DNA of 64,000 nucleotides from the NCBI RefSeq assembly GCF_002105155.1, contig NW_019028990.1, positions 248,001 through 312,000 on the forward strand, in the 5' to 3' direction. Of the stretch, positions 38,757-51,826 are shown one piece after another. The notes under the pieces were generated by a model. That model was not told where the DNA came from. It searched no databases and saw only the letters and a program-made list of their open reading frames with translations. The number at the start of each line of letters is the position of its first letter. The stretch's first letter is position 1. Origin of the DNA: Lobosporangium transversale. Lineage: Eukaryota. Made by a program: the position numbers and the translations under genes.

Positions 38757-40275
38757 TTAATCAACGGTTTCAAGAGGCGCAAAGATGTACTCTGAATACA
38801 AGAACCGATGCTCCCGCACTGGTATAAGAAACTGAATCCTCAAGAAGTTCTCAGCGTTCAGAGCCATGCTAGCTCTACTTGCCATCGGGCATACTCGCAG
38901 TACATTTAGTACATGCGAAAAGTTATAACTGTGCTCGGTCGGGTTCTCGAACGGATATTCAAATGATTCAATTACATCACCCTGTGAGTAATTTACGTCC
39001 AGGTTCTCGACTGTCCCCAGACTAGATATTCTAAGGTGTGGGATTTCTGGCGAAACTCGGATCACTACACGGTCGCTAGTGGCATCCAGGTCCCTAAGCC
39101 CTTCTTCTAACCATTGAGCCTGCAGCATGCATACAAGCATATTAATAATAAAAAATAAAAAATAAAAAATAAAAGAAGATAATAAGCAGAAATACTTTAC
39201 AACGTCCATTTCCGTCGTAGTCACTAATAGGAGAGCAGATCCAATGGCCCATACCTTCATATTGATTTTAGCAGTTTCTTCACCAAAGTCAACTTTGACT
39301 GGAGGTTCTGGATCGAACGTAGGGATACCACATGTGGTCACAACCCCATTGTCCTCAAGCCTACATTGTCAGAAGATCGGAAATTTTCATTAGTTCTATT
39401 TTTTTTTTTCCTAAAAAAAAAAATAAAAAAAAGAGAGCGCTTTACATACGTGAGGATGAATTTGGACCCTGATCCATCGTAACTTAGCTTGACTGCTGTT
39501 GCTGGTCCTGATCCAAAAACCGTATTGCTTTGTCCAGAGTTGCCTTCCCCAACTTGAGTACCACTCCATCCAGCTGTGCCAAACATATTGAGACAACTCA
39601 GGAGCGTTCCTAGGTTGATACCAAAGCTTACGACTAAATCGGGTTCGTTTCCTCCTGGCATTCTTTGACTACTAGCCAAGCCAACTTGTTGTGAACTTTG
39701 CTGCGTATTCGCAACCGTATTGATATTTGGATTCGTGTTCGTATTTATATCCGTATTCGCATATAAACTTTGTTGCGACAAGGGATCATTGATCTCATCA
39801 CTACCATCATTAATCCCTGCTTTTATTGCAAATTTATAGTCCTCAAACAATTGCCTTTGAATCAAACATCGACAAAACAAGCATCGCGACTCTTCCAGAA
39901 TGAATGACAAGCCGTCCGATGTTATCATACAGGTTGCAATCTTTTTGTCTCAAGAGAAAACAAAAAATGAAGAAAGAAAAAAAAAAAAAAAAAAATAGAA
40001 AGAAAGAAAGAACGAGAGAAGGAAATGAAAATATAATCAACAATTAACACAAGATCCTAGTTACATGAACTACAATAGATGTGCTTTTAATTATTTGCGT
40101 TATATCAAGTATATCGTAGTAATAATAGGTGTCTTACATCCTTAATATGGACAGACTTTAGAACTGCTGCGAGATGGCGCACATTCCGAAGACGGGCAGT
40201 GAAGTAGCTATTGAAGCTCTGAGAGTAAATACCATCATGTTTTCTAGAGACTTCTGGAAATTGAATGGAATTCAT
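38757..40275 (-). CDS. RAD1: 9-1-1 checkpoint clamp subunit Rad1/Rec1 (Rad17 in S. cerevisiae)
   Basis: FTARLRNVRHLAAVLKSVHIKD, DGLSFILEE, LFEDYKF, FGINLGTLLSCLNMFG, WLEEGLRDLD and FLRIQFLI..SEY...P. Confidence 0.88.
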
Positions 40276-40521
40276 TACATCATTTCTTACCTACCATTGG
40301 GTCTCAGGCATGTTGTGTGGTTTCGTGGCAAATGAATAAGAAAAAAAAAAGGTTCAAACTTCAGGCGCGCTTTTTTACAAAATGGTGGCAAATTTATGGA
40401 CTGTCATTTTTCGGTGGAATGTTTGTGGCTTAAAAAAAAAAAGAATACAGAAAGAGGGAAGAAGGCGAAGACACATGTCGACTTTTTTTTTTTTTTTTTA
40501 AAAAAAAACAACACTACCACC

Positions 40522-41889
40522 ATGGCATCAGAGGAGAGCATAAACACAACTGCCAGCACCACCACCCCTGCTCCCGTCACTGAAAGCAGCCCATTCTTGA
40601 CTGCAGACGATACCAATGATAGAGCAGTTCATCTTATTTTAGATACTTCACCATTTCTGCGTGGGGGTGCCTCGAAGCTGAGAGCTTTGGCTGACAAGTT
40701 CTACACTATTCCTGAAGTCCTTAACGAAATCAGGGATAGACAAGCACGAAATGACTTAGCCATGCTACCCTTTGATATCGAAGTCATCAACCCTTCAGAA
40801 GCCTCTGTTCGAGCAGGTAAAAAAAAACATGAACGATATACTGTATCGACCCATCTGCATTCATCATATCTGACAAGAAAAGAAAAAAGAAAGAAAGGGA
40901 AAGAGAGAGAGAAAAGAAAGGAATAAAGGAAACCTCAATTGTATGCTTATCAAGACCTTCTTCAACATTTTTTATTCTTTTTCTTTTTCTCAACAACAAT
41001 GTAGTTGCCGCATTCTCCAGAAAGACGGGTGATTATGCAGTACTGTCAGCAACCGACCTTCGTGTCTTGGCTTTGACCTACCAACTGGAAGTCGAAAACT
41101 GTGGCATGAAACGTATCCGCACAGAGCCTCATCGAGCAAATGTCCAAGCTGGATCTAAGAAACCTGTTCTACCTAAACGTACAAAACATTCTGCTAAAGA
41201 AGTCACCGGAGAGTTTGAGGATGGGACTCAGGAATTGAGCGAGACTCAGCAACAAGAGCAACAGCAGGATGAGCCAAATGCGGATCAGCAAGGAAATACA
41301 GTCTTAGAGGAACAATCAGAGGAATCAGAAGACGATGGTGAAGATGATGGTCAAAATGAAGGCGATCAAGTACAGAAACAGGAGGTACAGGATATCACAA
41401 GTAAATTTGAAACCATGACCACAACAGAGCCTGCAACAACTAGTGATGCAGTAGAAGCTGAATCATCTAATAATGCAACTGAGAAAACGAAAGAAACGAC
41501 CAAGGATGAAACCGAGAATGCTCAAGTAAATGGAGATGAAGAAGGAGGCAATAACGATGATGATGATGATGATGGCGAGTGGATTACACCGGACAATGTC
41601 AAGAAATTCAAACGCCATGGTACATTAAAGCCCAAAAAAAAGGCTCGCAAGCCGATGTTGATGCAGGTAGCTTGTGTAACAGGTGATTATGCCATGCAGA
41701 ACGTACTTCTCCAAATGGGACTCAACTTGTTATCTATTGATGGTCTCCGCATCAGCAAAATCAAGAACTGGGTTCTCCGCTGCCATGCCTGTACAAAGTA
41801 AGTGGCATGGATCATATTTGAAAGTTAAAAAAAAAACTTCGTCCGGCATAGAAAAAATTACTTTCACAACTTTGTATCCTCGAATTAAC

Positions 41890-41922
<33 letters not shown>

Positions 41923-42321
41923 AGGGTAACATCCGACATGGATAAAAAGTTCTGTCCCAGTTGTGGAAATGCAACCTTGATGCGCACATCGACCAGCACA
42001 GATCAAAACGGCAATGTCAAGTATTATCTAAAGAAGAATATGGTCTATAATCTGCGCGGCACAAAATACTCGATCCCCACACCCAAGGGAGGTCGAAAGA
42101 ACAATGATTTGATCTTGAAAGAGGACCAACGTGAATATGAACTCTCATTGAAGTTTCAGAAACGACAAAAGAACATCGATGCATTCGATCCAGATTATGT
42201 GCCACGTCTTTTGGAAGGGCAAATCGATGTTCGGAATCCCTTTGGTGCGCCTATCATTGGTTATGGCAAGCGTAATCCAAATGCTGTAAGGAAGAATGGA
42301 ACTCTGAGACGGAGAAGATAG
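40522..42321 (+). CDS. NOB1: 20S pre-rRNA D-site endonuclease (PIN plus zinc ribbon); 3 exons
   Basis: LILDT, EVLNEIRD, KTGDYAVLSATD, GEWITPDN, TGDYAMQNVLLQMGL, LRCHAC and FCPSCGNATL. Confidence 0.96.
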
Positions 42322-44849
42322 ATAGAGAAGATAGAGAAGAAAAGGTCATAAAAATAGGGAAAAAAAAAAAAAAAAAAAAAAATTGGTTACAAAAAAAAAA
42401 AATATTCAAAAAAGTCAAAATCCAAAAATGGAAGTCGCACGCATGGCACAATCCACGATACTCGTCCATGTGGAATAGCACGCCATTTTCGCAGAACCTT
42501 GCTACATTTTTGAAATTTTGGATGTCGTACAATGTGTATGTGCGTATGCATCATTTTACTTTTCTCTCGTTGGCCGTGTAACAGTTGCATAAAATGGATT
42601 ATCTTGTCCTTTCTCCCCTCTCCTTTTTTTTTCCTCCCTGAATGCCATTGAGTTTTTTTTTTAACGCCTTTCAGTTTTTAAAGTAAAAAGGACCCTGCAC
42701 CTAAAATCATCGTGCTTATTCCCTATCCCTTTCCTTCCTTCCTTCCTTCCTCCGCCTCTCTTTCCTTTCCTTTCCTTTCCCGCATCTTGGGTTAGATTGT
42801 ATTCTCAATAAATTACGATCAGCTCTTTCAATTGTGCAACCTCCCTCGTCATAATGTAAAGTTGCTCTTCTGTGGCCGTTACACATCATTGACATTTATA
42901 TGTTTATAAATATGTCAATTGAATACCTGTAAACTCATCTGAATTTGCTGTGCCTCATTCTCGTGAATAGAAATTTCACGCTTTGCGTTCCACACTCAGG
43001 AAATATAGAATGGTAAGACTAGGATATGTCAGCAAATTGAAATGTAACTCTACACCCATTCAAAGGAGTAACACACACACACACCATACACATATAAAAT
43101 AAAATAAAATAAAATAAAATAAGATAAAAAAAAAAACGGGTGCGTGTATTTACATTTTGTACACTCTTGTACCTCTATAATCTTTTTTTTTTTTTTTTTT
43201 TTTCTATACATTAATGTTTGTGTATTTGTGTATGTTGGTCCAAACACAGTTCAGAATGGGTCAGAACACAGTTTGGAAGAAAAGAAAAGAAAAAGGAAAA
43301 AGAGGGCCGGCTTTTACTTTGGTCTTATTTTTTTTTCTTTTTTGGTCCGAGAGGAAATGAGTTTCGAAAAGGGTTTCCCAATGATTGAACAAATGTCTGC
43401 TTGATCTGCCATCGGTCATCACGGAAGTATTGCCTCTTAATCTGTCGGAGGAAGGTGAAGGGGAGATTGAGGGAGAAAGAGGTAAGGCCTTTTTTTTTAT
43501 CAGACGACATAAAAAAGAGCGCTTCAAGGATCCTGATTATTGTCATCAGGAACAGGAAGCGTGCCTGAATAATTACGTCCATTTCAAACTATAAAGAGTG
43601 AAGCAATGTAACAAAGTCGCAAATAAAGATGGGGTAGTGCGTGGGAGCGATATTTCGCATATTTGATTACCTTTTTTTTGGGTAAAGTTATCATAGCTGC
43701 GCAACTCTCAAAGAACGAGCTAGTAAAAAAAAAAAGTACGTTATACAGAAAGTTGAAAACGGGGTGGAGAACGAAACAGGAAAAAATAAGAGAAGGAGGA
43801 GGCTAAGAAAGATGTATAGAACTCAAGCCAATAGCAAAATAGCAAAAAAGGAAAAAAAAAAAAAAAAAAAAGGAGCGAGTGAATAAGAGTTTGAGGATAA
43901 AAAAGGTGTCTTCATCCTTCCTTTCATTGCCGTTACAAGCTTGAATGCTTATTACAGCCACATGCTCAGTACCCTGTCCAACTTCCCTGGTTTCCTGGGC
44001 TGCTTTGTGCTGTCGTAATTCATTCATCCACAGCCTTCAGTTGTGCTGTAATGTGTTTCCTTTTTCTGTGTGCAGCCGATGCATTCATTCTTACTATCCC
44101 TGTAATCAAAAGATGTTGACAAAGATCCATTCAGTATCGTGTCATCACGCAATTTGGACACTTTGTGACCATGCCATACCCTTAAAAAGCTCTTTGCCTT
44201 GGGTAAACATGGCGGTAACCAAGGAGCAACAAGTTTGTTTTTGTTTTTATCACTTTCCTCAATGCATAATTGAATACCTGCATACCGCCAGTAAAAAAAA
44301 AAAAAAAAAAAAAAATGGTCAATTGGACATTGGAAAATGTAACTTTGATCCACAATCCATATACATTCGCCGCTCTTTCAAAAAACAAAAACAAAAACAA
44401 AATACGATCCTTTAGATTATGTATACCTTTCCCTCCCCGATCTTCCTGTGTTTGTCACTCACCTACTCTTTCACTCTGTCTTTCTTCTGCCTGTCCTGTC
44501 CCTCTCTCTCCCTCTCTTCCTGTGTCTCCGTAATTCTTTTAATACATGCTACCGACGGTTCACGCTCATGAACCTTCGCCCTCAGCTGCTTCAGCGAATC
44601 AAAATTTGAATACAAAGATAACATCATTGGTCTGGTTGGCATCGCCATTGTCCAATCCTACTACATATATCCTCCTATAAAGAGCATTTTTCCATCCTTT
44701 TAAAAATTTCCTTCTTTTGAATTTATTCTTTCTCCTAATTCTACTTTTATTTATTTTTTCTTACTATTGTTCCTATAGTTTGCTCTTCAACAACGCGTTG
44801 TGATCTCTCTTTTTGTTTTTTTTATCGATTCGTGAATCAATACAAAGAC

Positions 44850-47226
44850 ATGATGGATAGGGTTCCTAATCCCAATCCATATTCGGTCGCTGCTCCAAGA
44901 GACGATGCAAAGGATGGCAGCGGCAGTGGCAACAATAGTGGCGCAATTGGACGCGGACATGGACATGGATATGGGCATGGGTATGGACGCAGAAGTAACA
45001 GTCCTAGCTACCGTACATTCGGTACAGGAAACATCACAGGAACAGGGCCTACAGTAGGCCTAGGTGGTTTGAACAGCAGTGGCGACAACAGGATGGGTAT
45101 AGGTGCTGAGGGCGACGACGACGACGATCCAGAGAATTTGCCGGACGACGATCTACTCCTCTGGGCGAATTCCCAGGCATTCGGTAATCAGACAGATAAA
45201 AATCTTGAGGATATGATAGCAATCAAGATTGCTCAAAGCCAACAGCAACAATTCCTAGCGGCGCAACAACATCTCCGTCGTCAACATTATCCATTGCAAC
45301 ATCCTCACTATCATGCTCATGCTCATGCCCATGCTCATCCCCATGTTCATGTCCACCCTCTCTCTCCTCATGCTCAAATTCATGGCCAGGATAATAACAA
45401 CCCATTGATACTGCAGGGCCTTCAACGCCATCATCCTATGATGCAAGTTCAATCATCTTTGCCTCTTCCTCATCCTCACCCCCACCCTCATCATCTGCAT
45501 GCACATGAGAATCAACAGGGGCATCCTTATCAACCATCTACTCATACACCCCAGTTTCATCATCAACCTGTAGATATACAGCGACAGTTGCAGCAATTTG
45601 ACGCCATCCAGGGATATCTTGATGCAAGCTCTGAAGGTACAAATGCAGATCTCTTTTTATTTATTTATTTGTTTATTTATTTTACTTTAAGGGTTTTTTA
45701 TATATATATCATATATATAATATATATCTTTTCATTTTTTCGATTATTGATATTCAATCATGCTATTACTTTATCACCTTATATTTTTTGGGGGGTACAA
45801 CATGCATTTTGGTTGTACAATAGATTCACGATCGAATTTACTAGTAGAAAGGTCGCGTCAACGCAACCCTGTCTCAACCGCAGCTACCATCCAGGACTTG
45901 CATCATCATCAACAACAGCAGCAGCAGCAGCAGCAACAGGGATATTTTGATCCTAGTGTTCATCATCCTGCATATGCCACACAGTTCCATCATCAGTCTC
46001 AGCTCCCTCAACAGCAGCATCCTTTCCAACTACCTCATCCTACAGGTGCGTCCACTCTATCTTCTCCGACTGTCACCCGTGATTTCCATCGCCTTCAAAT
46101 CCAGCCACAACAACAACAGCAGCATCCTCAAAACTCTGGGGGCGCGGATGATGCATCGCCTACTTCTGCTCAAAGGCCTCATCATGAAACTATCGGGGGG
46201 GACATACCTTCTCTCTCTCCACCTTCTTCTTCTACAACCACACATGGAGTCTCACATGAAGAAAAGTTACAGCGACTTGAAAATGAACTTCAAGGATACC
46301 AGACAGAACTTGCAGAGGAGCGCCGCTTGCAAGAACAAGAGCTACAACATCTACACCAACAACAGCAACAACAGCAACAACAGCAACAACAGCAACAACA
46401 GCAACAACAGCAGCAACATCAACAACATCAGCACCAGCACCAGCACCAGCACCAGCAGCACCAGCACCAGCACCAGCACCAGCACCAGCACCAGCACCAA
46501 AGAGACACGTCAACATCCCCGTCATTTGCGGCCATGGACACAGACGACGGTCCTTTCTCTGCAGCTGGCTCCAATCATGGTGGGGACGACGACAGTGCCA
46601 GTGTCGGGAGCAACAGCAACAGCAACGCCAGCAATACCAACCGTAGTTCTCGCAGTCGCAGCAACAGCCTACTCTCTGCATCTCATGCCCATGACGATCC
46701 CGAATACGCCGCCAAGCTCACTGCTGCTGCTGCTGCCGCTGCAGAGGAAGACAAAAGACGAAGAAACACAGCTGCCTCTGCTCGATTCCGCCAAAAGAAA
46801 CGTTTGCGTGAACAGATCCTTGAGAAGACCGCTAAAGAGATGACCGCCAAATCCGAATTACTCGAAATCAGAGTTCGTGAACTAGAAATGGAAATTAAAT
46901 GGCTTCGAGGACTTATCGTTGACAAGGATGCTTCCAGAGCATTGCTACGGACTGGAGTTGCTGCTGCTACTGCTGCTGGTGCTGCTGGTGCTGCTGGTGC
47001 TGCTGGTGCTGCTGCCGTTACTACCGCCGCCGCCGGCGGCACTAACAGTAGCGGTGGCAGTTCTCAATTGAAGCCAAGAGCTAGAACTATATCTTCCACC
47101 ATTTCACCTTCACCTTCCTTATCAGGAAATGACGTGTTCAGAACAGTAGCATCAAGATCACTCGGAGGAATGATTATTTCCACTTCTGAGGCGGGGGGTG
47201 GAAACAGTGGTGGCACAAGGCCATAG
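44850..47226 (+). CDS. bZIP transcription factor of the MetR/CYS-3/Zip1 sulfur-regulator type; intron 45637-45823; poly-Q and (HQ)n tracts
   Basis: EEDKRRRNTAASARFRQKK...LEMEIKWLRGLI; N-terminal DDLLLWANSQ.F. Confidence 0.85.
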
Positions 47227-47405
47227 ACCAAGACGTAGATTTAAAATATTTTGAGAAAAAAAAAAGGGAAAAAAAGAGTATAAGAGGTAAAAAAAAAAAA
47301 AAAAAAGGTCGGTTCATACTTTTATATAGATGAGATAGATATACTTTACAAGAGGAAAAAAAAAAAAAAAAAAAAAAAAAAAGGGGCTAGATCCATCTAT
47401 ATACT

Positions 47406-50400
47406 TCAAATAAGCCAGACCATGGAAAGCATTGTTACAGGGATGACCAAGTTATCGTTTTGTTCTGAAACCGCCTCCAGCATTGCTGCCACGGAGACCG
47501 CCATACCATATCGGACGATTCCCCAAACAGACCACGTTACTGACGACCAATCATTCCAAGTTGAAAAGGATAATAATGAAGCCGGTGGCATTGAAGAGGA
47601 GGACAATTGCTTTGCCTTGTTCGATACTAGAACAAGGGAGGACGATCGAGGCGATGTTCCGTCTCCAAACACAAAGCTCATCAACCACATCCCCACAAAG
47701 ACTGCACCGGCTGCCACCATCATACTCGCCACAAACGCAACCGTTCCCTCAACAGTCTTGATCGTACCAGGCCATCGATGCCTTCCAAATCGTTTCCCAA
47801 CAATCGATGCCATCGCATCCCCTACTCCCAACGCAAAGATGCCCGATAATCCCGCCAGGATATGTTGCTCCGCCAGCCATACTGGTGCTGCACATCCCAT
47901 CAGCAAATACAAATGGCTCAGAATAATCGGTCCTCCATCGCGAGCATCCAGAAACCCAACCAGGAACAAATGAATCTCTTTTCCGAATGGCACAACTGCG
48001 AAGCAGCGAATGTACTCCAAGAAGATCAATGCTGCCAGTGCTACAGAAAACGCAATGTGCATGAATGGTTCCTAGGAAATACAAAATAAAGGAGAGAGCA
48101 TGGTATTTAGAAAATAATGTTTTTTTTTTTTTTTTTTTTTTTTTTTTCTTTCATGAAAGTAACTCAAATATATCTATAACAGCCGTTTCAAACTTACATC
48201 AGCAAGATATCCAGGAATAAACATCACCACTGCCAGGGCATGATAGAACTTTCTCCGATTGTTTAGTGAACCCATGATGGATCGTCTCCGAATGGAGGTG
48301 TTGATCCAATAAAAGAATGCAATGGAACAACCGATCGCCAAGACCCAGTATAGACACAGCGCCAAACGGCTCCAGCCGATCCTAGCTCTCATCAATGTCT
48401 CCAATCCAAACTTGATATCCAATAGATTGGCCTTCGTCTCAGCGCTTACTGGAGATTGACCCGGTTGAAGTAGCTCTGGAGCTGATGATGAAAAGATGCG
48501 GCTCATCAGAAGGAACTCGATCACCCATACAAATGGGTTCTGGCCCAAGATACGCTCACACAGTGGCATGAGCACTCCCAACACGATAGCAACAAGACCC
48601 GCATAGACTACACCAGCAGCAATCTTCTTCTTCAGCTCTCGTCTCTGCAGTGTCGATGCACTCGTGCCCTTTGCGGGCCTCTGTGCAAGCGTTCGGCAGC
48701 ACACTAGAGCTGGCATAAGTAGGACTCCGATGAGCAGCATTCCAACCACAAGTGTCAACAAGAACATGAACTGAGGATGCTCCAGGATAGTTCCAGGACT
48801 AGATGGTGCCTTTATAAACGCCATGATCAATGCCTCGCGGATCAGGAGCATAACGGCTTGAGTCAAGATCACCAATTCTCCAAACGTGAACGATCGTCGG
48901 AAAAAGTATGCAAATCCAAACAGCAAGAGCTGGAATACAGAGTGGGTCAACATCACCATTCCGGCTCCAGTGTCCTCTAATCCCGGAAGCCACTTGAGTC
49001 GTGCAAGGAGTGCCACTAGACAATTGTAAGCACCCCCAAAGCCCAGAGCAATGATCCAGATCTCTTCACGATCGCTAGCCTTTTCAAACTCGGAGGTTCC
49101 TACGAGTAAACTTGGATGATGCAATTGATCCGCTGAAAACATGAATAGGTCCGGAATCTCTTTTTGTTTCTGTAGACCATAGGGTTGTTGTACTGCTGTG
49201 GATGGTGTGGACGATGCAGCAGATAGAGTGGGTGAGGAAGGCGAAGAGGGCGAGGATACGGCTGAATTTTGGGGTTTTGGGTGTGAAACTTTGGTGCTAG
49301 TACTTAGGCTGCTAGTAGATATGGAGGCTAATGATGTTGAAGTGGCCATCATTGGTGAAGGTAAGGCTATGTTATCAAGGATCGTACTCCGGGTCGCACC
49401 CATAAATTTTTTCCGCCAAAGTTGTTGTTGCTGATGAGTACGTTTCGATGATCCTGTTCCAATTTGATCAAAGGCTTTCAGAAGTAACATGTGCACAAGA
49501 ATTGATGTTCCAAAGATTAGCGAGAACGCCATGTTTGACAGAACAGATTTGGCAGTATAAATGCCATTCACCCCTGTTGATAAGAAATGTTCATCCGTTA
49601 CGGTCTGTACAAACTTTGCAGCTAGCACAATTGGTACTAGCACTGTTGCGAATATGGAACCATTGTCTGCTCCTCGTCTAATTGGAGGCAGTAAGATTTA
49701 ATAAAGTTGGTAAAAATAAAAAAAGGAAAAGGAAAAGGAAAAGGAAAAAGAAAAAGAAAAACTTTTTAGGACAAAAAAGCTCTACTTACCGATACCAATT
49801 GGCTTCTGAGCCCCAGACTCTCCATTGTGGTGCAGCAATCTCAGCAGAGCGACAAATGCGGTTTTGCCATTTTACAGGAGCCAAAGCATGTGGACCATCT
49901 GTATTATTAGTACTGATACCAGCCCGAGTGCTCTCTTGACTTTGCAACAGATTTTCTTGCTGGATCACCGCGGCAATATCCTTTTGATGAGCCTCATCGT
50001 CTTCACTCTCTTCATCGCTTTCAGCAACAATGGCAGCCACAATGTCCTGCGACGCATTCACATTTAACTGTCGACTGGCTCGTTTCCGAAGAGGTTGTAA
50101 TGGCAGATTCTTATTGTGAAGTGGGAACTGAAGTTGATGATCATGTGCGGTCAAAAAAATTGCATGGATCGTTGCCAATAGGATGAATCCTAAAGGAAGA
50201 GGAAAAAAACAGATATTCATTCATCCATGTAATAAACAAATGAATATAAAAAGAAGGAGGAGGAAAGGAAAAAAAAAAAAAAAAAAAAAAAAAAAAGGAG
50301 AATGGAAAGAATTATTAAATTTCGTCATACCCACATCCCCCAACAACAACGTTTTCCCTTATCTGTGTAACTCATCTTACCAATGGCTAACGCCCAAGCA

Positions 50401-51074
50401 CTTTTGGCCAAATCCGACATGGTTTCCTGATGGCTTTGGTTCTGGTACCGTTGTTGTTGCTGATGATAGTGAGGATATTGTTGTGGATATTGATTAGTTG
50501 AGTCCTTCCATAGAGTCTCTTTCTGATCCTGTAACTGTACCTGTGACTGTGGTTGGTCTAGAATGGTGTTACTGTAATCAAGTGTCATCATCCGGTAACC
50601 TGCAAGAAGAGCCATCCCCACCATCAATCCACGTTCAATCCTCAAACGCAAAAGATTTGCCCACATTCGTTTTTGGACTGGGCTGTAATTTTTGTTACTG
50701 CCTTGCCCTGATTTCTTACTACTGGTCGGAAATGATGCCCCTCCAAACATTCTATTGATTCTTGATGCTGTTGCTGTGGAAGATGCAGTTGTGGTTGTGG
50801 CTGTAGTTGTAGTTGTAGTTGTATTCTTGTGATGACTATGATTATGAGTATGAGTATGAGTATGACTGTGCTTATGGTTATGGCTATGAATATGGTTATG
50901 ATTGTTGGCTGGTGTTATTGCTGCAACAGTGCTTGAGTAAGAAGAAAGCTCTGTGCCGGATTTGGAGAGTGAATGTTCAGAGAAGTGACTTGAAGTCCGT
51001 TCATGGGCATGACTCTTGTCCAGATGGTCACTGTCCCTTTTATCCTCATGGCCATTGCTTTGTTCTTGTAACAT
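47406..51074 (-). CDS. SEC59: Dolichol kinase (SEC59/DOLK); 4 exons
   Basis: RRKFYHALAV, FLDARDGGPIILSHLYLL.GC..P.W, LGVGDAMASIVGKRFG, KTVEGT and LEAVSEQNDNL. Confidence 0.93.
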
Positions 51075-51826
51075 GGTCAATCCTCTGTGCTGTTTGACAT
51101 AAACTGTCCTTTGTCTATTGTCTGTTGTCTCTGTAGTTTTCTTTTTTTTTTTTTTTTTTTTTTTTTTTTCTTAAAAAAAAGTAAAAGGAATAGAAAGATG
51201 TGAATAAGGGAACTTTTTGATCCTTGTAATGAATGGAAAGAAACTATGAAAAAAAAAAAAAAAAGTGAGTCTCACAATTCTAATGGCAGAATAAACGGGA
51301 TGTAGCAGTTTTTGATTGGATGAATGAGAGGATGTGGTGTGGTCCAACTTGATCGGAATCAACAGATAAGAGGCAAGGCAAAAGAAAAGTAAAAGAAAAG
51401 TAAAGAGGAATGAAGTTGGGTCGGATGAATCCAAATGTTTATATTAAGCTTGTGCATAATCACTTGCTCTATTTTAATCCAAGGTCGATCATATCGGATT
51501 TCACATGCCATCGAAAAATGAATTATCGAATTATCTTTTTCATTTCGGAGTGTTGCAAAAGAAACATAACCGTTGGGGGGCTCTGATCAAAGATGACGGA
51601 GCAATTATCCCTCTCTCCTAGGCAAATACATCATGTATCCATCTGGAACATCATCTCGGACCATGAAAACATTTATACACACACATGTACATACATATAC
51701 ATCTATATAAAGTTACAAAGCATCAAGCATCGCTGTCAAGGATTGAATTTGTATATTTTTTATTTTCTCTACTAGTAACGCAAAATACATGTAATCCATG
51801 CTGTGCCATGCTTTGCCCTGCCAGCG

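Noticed and set aside
42322..44849. Long intergenic region before the bZIP gene, with possible uORFs or autoregulatory sites such as ATCACGCAAT near 44144
   Set aside because: A single degenerate site and an unknown transcript start; not distinguishable from chance.
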